Origin: an uncultured Armatimonadia bacterium
GTDB taxonomy: Bacteria; Armatimonadota; Zipacnadia; CAVVLO01
Direction: 5' to 3'
Assembly (NCBI GenBank): GCA_963749155.1
Contig: CAVVLO010000006.1
Span: 1 to 60,546 of the forward strand
DNA length: 60,546 bases
Made by a program: the position numbers and the translations under genes. This document shows, one piece after another, positions 12,279-23,041 of this stretch. A model generated the notes under the pieces. That model was not told the origin of the DNA and searched no databases. It was given only the letters and a program-made list of their open reading frames with translations. Within the stretch, counting starts at the first letter, position 1. Each line of letters opens with the position of its first letter.

Positions 12279-13097
12279 TTGATGCTGCCCATCGTATTCA
12301 CGAAGTTCTTCAAAGGGATGACCCGCGAAGAGGTCGCCGCGCGCGCGCTTGAACTCGGTTTCGCAGGTCTCGATTTCGCCTTGCGCGAGGGGCAATGTGT
12401 TACCCCTGAAACAGTGGGCGAGTTGCCGGCAGTGGTAGAGTACTGGCGCCGGCAGGGGCTCGTGACCCCGATGGTCAGCCTCGAGACCAGCTGGGTCGAG
12501 GCCGACCGGCCAGGGATGGAGGAGGCTTTCGCCGCCTGCGCCGAGGCCGAGGTGCCTTTCATCAAATTGGGCTACTGGACCTTCGACCCCGCCCTTGACT
12601 ACTGGCAAGCTGTGGATGCCATCGAAGAGGCGCTGAAGCACTTCGAGGCGCTGGCCCGCAGGTACGGGGTCACCGCGCTGGTCCATACCCACTCGGGCAA
12701 TGTCTTCGGTTGCAACGCCTCGGCTGTTATGGACCTGGTGGGCGGCTGTGATCCCGACCACGTGGCCGTTTACCTCGATCCGGCGCATCTGGCGGTCGAG
12801 GGAGAGAGCCTCCCGATGGCCTTGCGCATCGTTGAGGGCTATCTGCGCGTCGTCGCGCTCAAGAATGTTGAATATGTCGCGGGGCAGGAGGGCAACCTTA
12901 CTCTCTGGAAGCGGCGCTGGTGCAAGGCGAGTGAGGGCCTCGTCAACTGGCCCGAGGCGCTGAGGAGGCTTTCCGAGTTCGGCTTCGATGGCCCTGTCAG
13001 CATCCATGGCGAATACAGCGGCCCCAAAGACCAGGCCGAAGTCCAACGCTGGCTCGAGCAGGATATGGCCTTCATCAGGCCGCTTTTCCTCGGCTAG
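12279..13097 (+). CDS. Sugar phosphate isomerase/epimerase, copy 2
   Basis: Intact 272-aa ORF, near-identical to copy 1. Confidence 0.85.
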   Translation: MMLPIVFTKFFKGMTREEVAARALELGFAGLDFALREGQCVTPETVGELPAVVEYWRRQGLVTPMVSLETSWVEADRPGMEEAFAACAEAEVPFIKLGYWTFDPALDYWQAVDAIEEALKHFEALARRYGVTALVHTHSGNVFGCNASAVMDLVGGCDPDHVAVYLDPAHLAVEGESLPMALRIVEGYLRVVALKNVEYVAGQEGNLTLWKRRWCKASEGLVNWPEALRRLSEFGFDGPVSIHGEYSGPKDQAEVQRWLEQDMAFIRPLFLG

Positions 13098-14351
13098 TTA
13101 CGGCTGGAGGGGTATCTCCTTCGACAGAGGCCTCTCGCCGCGCAGCATCCGGCCGCCTTCGCCAACCAGCCTGAGGTACCAGTCGCTGGGCAGTCCATCG
13201 TAGCCCACGAAATAGCCTTGGGTGGGCGGGCTGCTGGTGACTTTGAATATAGCCGTCCCCTCGTCCACCTCATCGAACATCGCAACATAGACGGTATCAA
13301 CACCCAGCTGAGCCAGCCCGTAAAACTGCTCCCAAAGGAACTCTCCACCCCGCCGGTCGATCTTGCTGGTGCCAGGGGCATAGCGGAATATGTTATCCCA
13401 GGTGAATCCGGGGTAGACGACAGGCATCCAGAAGACACCTTTGGCCTCGCACTGGGCTTTATCCTGGGGCCACCAGGCGATGGAAGCCTGCTTGCCTCCG
13501 CCCTCGTGAGGCGCCCAGTTGCCGATATTCCACGGGCAGTAGGCATCAGCGGAGCCTAGCGTGGCCTGCCAGGCCTCATCCTGGATGGAGCGCCAGTTCC
13601 AGTCGCCGCCCGCCACGAAACAGGCCTGATACTTGCCGGGCGCCTTGAAGAAGTCAATCAGTTGCTGGCCGACTTCGGTGGTCATATGGTTGCTCTGGTT
13701 CTGGTAGTAGTAACCCCAGATTTGCACGACAGGCTTGCCGCCCTCGTGAAGGTAGCGCGGGTCCTCGGTAAGTTGTTTGTCTACCATCCGCTTCCAGTCG
13801 TCAGTCACAATTTTATAGATATCGTCGGTGGGTACTGCCGCGATATCGTAGGAGAGCGCCCAGACACGCCCGGTGGCCTTCGCCGCGCGTCGCACATTGT
13901 TCAGCACCCTCATCCGCGAGGGGTAGCGGTCCTCAAGCCTGCCCCCTGGCAAATCGACAGCGAAATGCTGCAGGAAGACGCCGTCAATACCGTAGTCGCG
14001 CATCCATTCGAAGTGTTTCAGCACGGTCTCGGGTGTCGCGGAGCTGAACAAGGTCGCCTGGCTGCCATCAGGATAAGTAAAGCCAGGGGCGATATAATGC
14101 TCCTTCGGGCTGTATTCAGTCATATCCGGCCAAAGGTCGAAAGTCACAAGCTCCGGATCGATGGCGTCAGTCCGGCGGCTCCAATGGATCCACCCGACAT
14201 TCACCCGGTCACCTGGGCACCGGAACCAGCCCTGATAGCCGCAGTAGATTTTCCCTTTGATCGTTGTCGTATCGACCACGTCAGCCGGCCAGGCGAGTCC
14301 GCAGACCACCAGTGCGAGCACAGATATTACTAACAGGACAGACAGGTTCAT
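13098..14351 (-). CDS. Secreted GH71/GH99-like glycoside hydrolase (xylosidase/arabinosidase-like annotation)
   Basis: Signal peptide; CGYQGWF, HFEWMRDYGIDGVFLQ, PVVYPGFTWDN, YVAMFDEVDEGTAIFK. Confidence 0.85.
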   Translation of the reverse strand: MNLSVLLVISVLALVVCGLAWPADVVDTTTIKGKIYCGYQGWFRCPGDRVNVGWIHWSRRTDAIDPELVTFDLWPDMTEYSPKEHYIAPGFTYPDGSQATLFSSATPETVLKHFEWMRDYGIDGVFLQHFAVDLPGGRLEDRYPSRMRVLNNVRRAAKATGRVWALSYDIAAVPTDDIYKIVTDDWKRMVDKQLTEDPRYLHEGGKPVVQIWGYYYQNQSNHMTTEVGQQLIDFFKAPGKYQACFVAGGDWNWRSIQDEAWQATLGSADAYCPWNIGNWAPHEGGGKQASIAWWPQDKAQCEAKGVFWMPVVYPGFTWDNIFRYAPGTSKIDRRGGEFLWEQFYGLAQLGVDTVYVAMFDEVDEGTAIFKVTSSPPTQGYFVGYDGLPSDWYLRLVGEGGRMLRGERPLSKEIPLQP

Positions 14352-14362
14352 ATCAGGGCCTC

Positions 14363-15613
14363 CTAAGGCGCAAAGGGCAGGTCAGGGGTCGGTGGGCACT
14401 CGCCGCGAAGCATCTTCTGCCCCTCGCCAACCAGGCGCAGATACCAGTCAGATGGCAGCCCATCATAGCCTACGAAGTAAGCTTGTGTAGGCGGGTTGTT
14501 TGTGACTTTGAATATAGCCGTCCCCTCGTCCACCTCATCGAACATCGCCACATAGACAGTATCTACCCCAAGTTGGGCCAGCTCGTAGAACTGCTCCCAG
14601 AGGAAGCGTCCACCTTCACGGTCGATTTTACTGGTGCCAGGCGGCTTCTGGGTTAGGTTGTCCCAGGTAAAACCAGGATAGACAGTGGGGAACCAGAGCA
14701 CACCGGCTTCCTGGCAGGCGGCCAGGTCGTCCTTCCACCAGCTTGTAGAGGCATGGGCGTGGCCGGTTTCATCGCGCCGCCAGTTGCCGATGTTCCAGGG
14801 GCTGTACACATCGCACTGGGCGACCAGGTCGCGCCACTCGGCCGGCCACTCGCGCCAGTTCCAGTCACCGCCCGCCACGAAACAGGCCTGATACGGGCCA
14901 GGTTGTTTGAAGAAGCGGATCAACCGCTCGGGCAAGCTCGGGGGTTAACTGGTGTGCTGCTTGATGCCCTTGTAGAAGCCCCAGATCTGGACGACTGGCT
15001 TGCCACCCTCGTGCAGGTAACGCGGGTCTTCGGTCAGCTTGCGGTCCACCAGGTGCTTCCAGTCGGCGGTCAGCACCTCGTAAAGGTCTTCGCCGGGGGT
15101 TGCCGCGATGTCATAGGAGATAGCCCAAACGCGCCCGGTCTCTTTCGCGGCGCGGCGGACGTTATTCATTACCTTGAGCACCGAGGGGTAATACCACGGG
15201 AAGAGACCCCCCTTGAGCCCGACACAGAACCGCTGCAGGAAGATGCCATCGATCCCATAATCGCGCATCCACTCGAAATGGCGCAGTACCGTCCGCGAGT
15301 TGCAGGAGCTGAAAAGTGTGGCTGGCGTCCCATCTGGATAGGTGAAACCCGGCACAGGATAGCGCTCATCCGGGCCGTAATCACTCATATCCGGCCACAT
15401 GTCCACGGTCATCGTGGTGGCTGAAGGAGGTTGTTGGCCGCGACTCCAGTGGATCCACTTCAGGTCGGCCCCATCGCCCGGACACCGGAACCAGCCCTGA
15501 TAACCACAGTAGATTTTCCCTTTGAGAGTCGTATTATCGACCACGTCAGCAGGCCAGGCGGTGACCAAAATCGATAGCAGCAAAGCTGCTAGTAGAGCGT
15601 GAGTCCACTGCAT
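14363..15613 (-). CDS. Second GH71/GH99-like paralog (frameshift near 14940)
   Basis: ORFs 14945..15613 and 14363..14935 carry the same motifs as the neighbouring paralog; signal peptide. Confidence 0.85.
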
Positions 15614-15729
15614 CGGCGCGCCTCCCAGGTCAAGGTGAGGAAGGTTTCGGGAGAAGGCTCTGGGCTCCTCTGGCAGGCCCGGCCGATCTCAGGGCGAACT
15701 CCTCTCCACCTGAGTCTGGAGGGTTCATA

Positions 15730-18700
15730 ATGCGCTGGCTTGGTATGATTGGTCTTATGATGCTGTTTGGCTCGCTACCTGGCCTGGCTGAGGGACTGGC
15801 TCCCGCCGAGGCGCTGAGTCTCAAGTGCCGGCACTCTGGAAGGCTGGACCGTTGAGGGAGAAGCCACCTGGCAAATTGGTCTGAATCCTCTGCTTATCGG
15901 CAATCCCGGCGATGAGAGCAAGTATGTCGTGCACTCGCTCTGGGGTGGAGAGGCCAACCTGGGCAAGCTGAGGTCGCCCGACTTTACCATCGAGCAGCCT
16001 TTTCAGACCTTCTGGGTGTCCGGCTGGGATGGCACCCTTACGGGGATGAACAACGGCGACCGCAACTGGGTGCTGCTGCGCGATGCCGCGACAGGTGAGG
16101 TGCTGCGGCGCACTCATACCCCTGGCTGCGAGAAGCTAATCAAGACGCGCTGGACCACCCTCGACCTGATTGGCCGGCAGGTCTATGTCGAGCTGGTTGA
16201 TGATAATCCAGTTATCCGCCCGGGCGGTTTCGCCTGGCTGGCTTTTGCTGATTATCAACAAGGCGCGCCGTCCACCCTGGCCAATCCGGTAACTCGAGAT
16301 GATCTCTGGGCTGTCCAACTCGACCAGAACGCTTCGCTCACCTTATGCAGGACGATGCCTTTCTTCGCCTGCCCGCCCGAGGGCCGGGGGCCAACACGCC
16401 GCAGCCTCGAGGGCCTGTCCGAAGTGGTTCCCGTTGGGGCCGAGGTAAAGACCTTGTATGTGCTTGGGCTTATCAACGATGGCTGGGATTATGGTGTGGC
16501 GCACTGGGGAGAGCATCCCGAAATCAAAGCCGTCCGCGATGACCAGGTCAATATCGGCAGCCGCATCGGCGAGCTGGAACTGCGTTACACTGATGGCACA
16601 AGTGACACGGTGCCCCTCGTCATCGGCGCGACCGCCTGGTTCGTGAACCAGTGGGCCTGGGGACCGACCCATGGGGTACCAGGCGCGGTGCAGGAGCCCT
16701 TCACCACCAGGGCTGACTGCCGCGCCCAGCTCGAAGCCAGCCTGCTGCTGAAGCAAAGCGAGGAAGCGCTTTCCTTCCAGGGGAGAGAGTCTTATTTTTA
16801 CCTGGGCATCCAGCCTCGGGCAAAGCCCCTTGCCTCGGTTGTGATGCACGATAACGAGGCACTGCGCGGCCGGCCTCTGGTGACAGGGCTCACAGTCGTA
16901 GCTGAAGAGGCAGCCGAAGGTTTACACCCACTGGGCGCGATACAACTCGATAAAGACGATATCCAAGCTCCAGTAAAAAGCTGGGAAGGGCGCGACTTCC
17001 ACGAAGAGGCGGACGCCCTGGCGCGCGCGCTCTACACAAGCGAGCAGGATCTGCCCGAGCGCTTCGCTCTGATTGACTTCCCCCAGGACTTCAAGGCGGC
17101 AAAGGTGCGCTTCCTGGGGGGAAGAGAAGGCGATATGCTCTCCAACCTGTGGGTCGCGAACCTGATCCAGATCGATGGCAAGTTCGCCGCAGAGGATGGC
17201 GTCTTCCACGAGACAGCCGAGGATTCGCCCTGGTATGGCGGTTACAGGGGCATCGGCACCTGGGCGCCAGTTGGCATCTATTACACGGGCGCCTTCGGTC
17301 GCTGCAGCGATGCGCTGGCTACGCTCGGACTGAGACTGCTGGACGACCAGCAGCGCGTGGACAGTTTTGTGGATTTCGTGGACGAGTGGCTGTATTTCTT
17401 CCGGCCGAACCACGACCTTGCGCTTGGCCCGCCTAATGAGACGCTGGATGTGGCCAGGTATCCAGCCGATATGCCACCGCACTGGAGTTTCGGGATCAAC
17501 GCGCCTATCTCCCTCGACCTGAACGAGGTCGCAGGCACCGAAGAGCTGGACGGTCATGGCGCCACCTGCGTGGGGCGCTGGGTAGCCTGGCGGATGAAGG
17601 GCGCTCCCACCGATGACTGGCTGACCGAGCCCAAGAGAAGCAGTCTTCGGCAAGAGCCGCTGGGACTCGACCAAAGATGCCGCGGAGTTCATCTGCTGGT
17701 GGCTGGATTACACAGGGGTGGATGTGCCGTGGTGCGAAGGCGAGACGACGGGCTGGGGCGGGGCCGATGGCGCTTTGCTCGAACAGGTCAAGCGAGCGAC
17801 GACGCCCGAGGAGATCCGCCACTATTATGCGAACTCTGACCTCTACGAGCCCTATCCCGCCTATGTTTGTCTGACAGGGCTCAAGTGTTCGGCTGATATC
17901 GCCGAGGCGCTTGGCGAGAGCGAGCTGGCCAAACGCTGGCGCGAGTATGCCCAGCGCATCGCGGTCGGGATGATCCGAGCTCTGGCCGAAGGACCGGCGG
18001 GCGCCAGAGAGTGGCGCGTAAGCCCCAATTCTGTTTATCCAAGCTTCCAGGACAGCCTCGTGCAGGCCTGGTTCGCCTTCTACCGCGACGGGCTGGATCC
18101 GCTTGCCTGGGATCCGACGATGACCGCTTACTCGCGCAATACGTTGAAGCGCCAACTCACTCAGCCTTACGGTCACGCGCCAGCGCTTGCGATGGGCTAC
18201 GGGATGGGCTGGATTACAAAAGCTGCACTGCTGCTGGATGAGCTGGACGATGCTGGTCCGCTGTTGACCAATATCGCCAAGTATACCTGGGACAAGAATA
18301 TGGACTACGTGGATGAGGCGCGCGGAGTGGACTGGCGTCTCTACCAGTGGGTCATCCCAGAGGGGACGAATATCCTGCCCGATGGCTCCTGGTATCGCAT
18401 AGGCGACCTTTCCAACGGCGCCAACCAGGGCGCGGCGCTGCACGCACTGGAGCAATGCGCGGGGGTGGACGACACCAATCCGGCCGACCTGAAGCTGCTG
18501 CCTCGCGTGCCTGAACCACTCACCGGGATTGAGGTCAGCGACTTCCCGATGCTGATCCCAGAGGGAGAAGGCCTGACGCAGGCGAAGTTAACTTACACCT
18601 ATAGTCCTGCTGGTGGTCTGAAACTCGCCTCGGACAAGCCCTTGCCTGCGCTTTCAGTGCGGCTGATGAGGTCAGCGACTTCCGATGCTGATCCCAGAGG

Positions 18701-18972
18701 GAGAAGGCCTGACGCAGGCGAAGTTAACTTACACCTATAGTCCTGCCGGTGGTCTGAAACTCGCCTCGGACAAGCCCTTGCCTAGGCTTGCGGTGCGGCT
18801 GGGGCCTTTCGAGTCTCGTGAAGCAGCAGAGCTTGCTATCGCAACCTGGCGCCTGCCTCGCGGGGCTGAAACAAGTCTTGTCACAAGCGGCCACTTCCAC
18901 GGTCAGCCTGCGTGGTGGCTGTGGGTAAAGGGACTGCGCTATGTGAAGCGCGTCGAGATCGGCCCGCGCTAG
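15730..18972 (+). CDS. Large secreted hypothetical protein, probable carbohydrate-active enzyme (frameshifts, internal 136-bp duplication)
   Basis: RBS GGAGGG then MRWLGMIGLMMLFGSLPGLA (signal peptide). Continuous coding pieces 15929..17839, 17718..18740 and 18685..18972. The family is not recognised. Confidence 0.6.
18530..18801. repeat. Tandem ~136-bp duplication inside the CDS (18530-18665 / 18667-18801)
   Basis: tgaggtcagcgacttcc...gtgcggctg repeated, with allelic-looking differences (cctgcgctttcagtg vs cctaggcttgcggtg). Confidence 0.92.
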
Positions 18973-19000
18973 CGGGCGCTCACTGGAGGAGACCGTTATT

Positions 19001-22000
19001 ATGAAAAACCTGCTGCTCTTGCTGGGTTTGCTTCTGGCTTTTGGAGTGCTTTCGGTGGCCGCCAAGGCGCCTTCACTCGAGGAAGGTTTTGTGGCTCCTC
19101 CCGCTTCTGCCAGGCCGCATACCTGGTGGCACTTTATGGACGGCAATATCACCGCCACTGGCATCACCAAAGACCTCGAGGCGATGGCCGAGGTCGGCAT
19201 CGGCGGAGTGCAACTCTTCGATGTGGCGCTTGGCCTCCCAACCGGGCCGGTCGATTATGCGAGTCCCGAGTGGTTCGCCCTGATGCAGCACGCAATTAGC
19301 GAAGCGGACCGGCTGGGCATCGAGGTTTGCTTCCACAACTGTGCGGGTTGGTCCAGCAGCGGTGGGCCGTGGGTCACCCCCGAGCTTGCGATGCAGCGCG
19401 TGACCTTCAGCGAGACGCGTTTCAAAGGCCCAGGGCATTTTGCTGGCAAGCTGCCGCAGCCGTGGACGAAGGAAGGTTTCTATCGCGACATCGCGGTCCT
19501 GGCTTTCCCAACGCCGAAGGGCGAAGCGGGGGCGCCCGCGCCTGAAGTGACCGTTACTCAGCCTGGTGTGAATCTGGCGCCGCTCTTTGACGGCAATCCC
19601 GAAAGCGGTGTCGGGCTGGTGACGCGGCTCGATAGCAAGCCAGTCTATCTCAACTTTGATTATCCAGCGCCCTTCACGGCTACCTCACTCACTGTTATTG
19701 GCGGGGGAGGTTCGGTTACGCTCGCGCTGGAGGCCTCGGAAGATGGCGACACCTGGACCGCCGTAACGCAGCTTGGTATCGGCAGCCCCAACGTGTTGCG
19801 TTGCCCGCAGACAGTGGCCTTCGCGCCAGTGACAGCCAGCCATTTCCGGATCGCTTTTCCTCAGCAGCAAGCGGGTGGGCGGGCTTTCTCCCTGTCCGAA
19901 ATCGCCCTGGAATCGACCTTCAGACTGCCAGGTTGGGGTGTTAAGACAGGCCTCGACCGCGGCGCGCCCGGCCCGTATACCGAGCCTGTCTCGGCCGATT
20001 ATGCGATTATGCCTTATGATCTGGTCGACCTCACCGACAAGCTCGGGACTGACGGCTCGCTGAACTGGGAGGCCCCGGAAGGCGAATGGACGATAATCCG
20101 CCTGGGTCACACCCTTACCGGCAAGCACAACCACCCGGTTCGGCCCTCTGGCGATGGACTTGAGATAGACAAGATGTCCAAAGCGGCCTCCGATTTCCAC
20201 TTTGCACAGTTGATGGACAAGCTGATTGAAAACGCTGGGCCGCTGGCCGGCAAGACGTTGAATAACACCCTTATTGACAGCTACGAGACCGACTGCCAGA
20301 ACTGGAGCACTACGCTGCCCGAAGAGTTTGAAGCGCGGCGCGGCTACAGCCTGGCTGGGTGGCTGCCCGCGCTTACAGGGCGCATCGTCGGCCAGGTAGA
20401 CCAGACCGAGCGCTTCCTCTGGGACTTCCGCAAGACGCTGGCCGAGTGCTGGGCTGACAATTACTGGGGCGAGTTTGGAAAGCTTGCCCATGAGAAAGGC
20501 CTGCTGCTTTCGACCGAGCCTTACGGCAACGGCAACTTTGATGACCTGACCGCTGGCGGGCGGGCCGATATCCCGATGACCGAGTTTTGGGTGGGTGGCA
20601 GCCATGAAGACACCAAGCTCGCGGCCTCGATAGCGCATACCCGCGGCAACAGGTATGTGGGCGCCGAGTCCTTCACCACGGGCGAGGTCGAAGGCCGGTG
20701 GAGCAACTATCCCTACAAGCTCAAGACGCAGGGCGACGCTTTCTTCTGTCAGGGCGTCAACCGCATCATCTACCATCGGTATGCGCATCAGCCCTTCGAA
20801 AACGTCGCCCCTGGAATGACGATGGGCCCTCACGGATTGCACCACGACCGCTTCATCACCTGGTGGAAGGAGTCCTCGGCCTGGCAGGCTTATATGGCGC
20901 GCTGCCAGTGGTTGCTGCAAGAGGGGCTCTTCCAGGCTGACCTGCTTTACTGGCTGGGCGAGAACAGCCCGGTCGGCGTGCCAGGGCGCGGGGGACTGCG
21001 CCCGGTGCCGCCGGCAGGCTATGACTATGATGTCTGCGATACCGAGATACTGATGCAGCTAAGAGTCGTGGACGGCAAGCTGCTGCTGCCGAGTGGGATG
21101 CGCTACAGCGTGCTGGTGCTGAACGAGCAGCGGCTGGTGCGGCCCGAAGTGCTGGAGAAAGTTGCGAGCTTGCTTGAGACCGGCGCCACTATCGTAGCTG
21201 CCAGACCAGAGAGTTCGCCCAGCCTGATGGGGTATCCCCACTCAGATGAAAGGGTAAGCGTTATCGCCCAGTGGCTTTGGGCCGATATCGATGGTCAGAA
21301 GGTCACCGAGAATCCTTTTGGCAAGGGCAGGCTGGTCTGGGGCAAGCCGCTGGCCGAGGTGCTGGCAGAGGCGGGGCTGGCCCCGGACTTCGAATATAAA
21401 GCGACCGACGGCTTCGCCCGGCTGATGTATATCCATCGCAAGGCCGGCGAGACGGACAGCTACTTCGTCAGCAACCAGCTCGAGCGCGAAGTGGCGGTGG
21501 ATTGCACTTTCCGCATCGCCGGCAAGCTGCCAGAGTTGTGGCATCCAGATACCGGCAAGACCGAGCCAGCCCCCTTCTGGCGGCAGGAGAAAGGCCGTAC
21601 CATTGTCTCGCTTCGGATGGATCCGGCCGGCAGCGTCTTCGTCGTCTTCCGCAAGCCCGCAGAAGGCAGCGGGGCGCTTGGCCTGCTTGCGCAACGGCAA
21701 GTCAGCCTGGGACACAGGTGTAGACCGGCCTCATACGCTGGTCATAAACAGCGCCCTTGTACGGGGTGCTCTCGACCGAGCTTCCTGACTCAGTGGACGT
21801 GACAAAACAACTTGCCAAGCTCATCACTGATGGGCGCCTTGAAGTCAGCGCGACCAATACCATCGCGGGCGATCCGGCCGCCAATATCTCCAAGCGGCTG
21901 CGCGTGGACTATATCTACAACGGCAAGGCAGGCTCGAAGATTGTGGGCGAGAACCAACGGTTGGTATTGCCGGAGGACGGCGCTTCGGGCGGCACACTGG

Positions 22001-22965
22001 AGCTTGTCAGGGCAGTCTACGGCGTATTCGGTGACGAATTGCCTTCCGCGACTCCGCGCGCCTTTCGATGTCACGAAGCAACTTGCCGCTGCGGTGGTTG
22101 ACGGGCATCTCTCCATCGCCGCTTCCAACGAGCTGGCGGGCGATCCGGCCAGCTTTGTAGTCAAGCAAATGCGTGTCGAGTATACGCTGGACGGACGCCA
22201 GTTCACCAAGACGGTGGGCGAGAACGCAATCCTCGAGATACCTGATGGCTCCGAGGCTGGCCGGGAAGAATTCCCAGCAGCGGAATTGGCAGTTACGCCC
22301 ACGGGCAAATTCCAGCTGACGGCTTTCAAATCCGGCTTGTATGCGGCGCCGCTGGCTTCGGGTGGGACCCGGCAAATCTCTGGTGGAGGAGACACCCAGA
22401 CCGCTCAAGCTGACCGGCCCCTGGCAATTAAGCTTCCCGCCGGGATTGGGCGCGCCCGCCTCGGTTGAGCTGACCGAACTGATTGACTGGACCGAGCATC
22501 CTGATCCGGGTGTTAGATACTTCTCAGGCACCGGCACCTATGAGCTTACCTTCGAGCTGCCAGCCAGTGCGCTTACGCCTGATACCCGCCTGGTGCTTGA
22601 CCTTGGCGATGTGAAGTATCTGGCCGAGGTCGCCGTAAACGGGGAAGAACTCGGCCTCCTGTGGAAGCCGCCCTTCCGCCTCGACATCACCAGTGCGAGG
22701 AAGGCAGGTGACTAATCGCCTGGTGGTGAGCATCACCAACCTGTGGCCCAACCGGCTCATAGGCGATGAAGCGCTGCCTGCCGAGGTCGAATGGCGCGGG
22801 CCGGTTATCGCGAGCTGGCCTGACTGGCTGCTCAACGGCTCGCCACGTGAAAGCGAGCGGGTGACCTTCACGACCTGGCACCACTACCACGAGGGAGATC
22901 CGCTCTTCCCCTCAGGCTTGCTGGGCCCTGTCACATTGCACCTTGGCAAGGTGGTAGAGTTCTAG
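19001..22965 (+). CDS. GH106 alpha-L-rhamnosidase-like glycoside hydrolase with accessory beta-sandwich domains (frameshifts after ~21680)
   Basis: Signal peptide; RPHTWWHFMDGNITATGITKDLEAMAEVGIGG, IDSYE, GAESFT, and C-terminal TNLWPNRLIGD...SGLLGPV. Confidence 0.88.
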
Positions 22966-22985
22966 AGGCCCCTCAGTGACAAAAC

Positions 22986-23020
22986 AAAGCCCCCTCCGGC
23001 ACCTGCTGGAGGGGGCTTTT
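22986..23020. terminator. Bidirectional intrinsic terminator
   Basis: aaagccccctcc-loop-ggagggggctttt hairpin between convergent genes, with T/A tracts on both sides. Confidence 0.85.
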
Positions 23021-23041
23021 CGTTAGCTGGCAGTTGGTCTG

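Larger units (their letters stand above)
18..14254. repeat. Tandem direct duplication: copy 1 about 18-7688, copy 2 about 7689-14254
   Basis: Same gene order and near-identical sequence with scattered substitutions. The junction gattttcc|tgggcctgccc at 7688/7689 joins the GH71/99 gene to the GH78 sequence seen at position 18. Confidence 0.95.

Noticed and set aside
18530..18801. 136-bp intragenic tandem repeat as a biological repeat or DGR template/variable pair
   Set aside because: Differences are not adenine-specific, no reverse transcriptase is present, and it resembles a haplotype overlap artefact like the 7688 junction.
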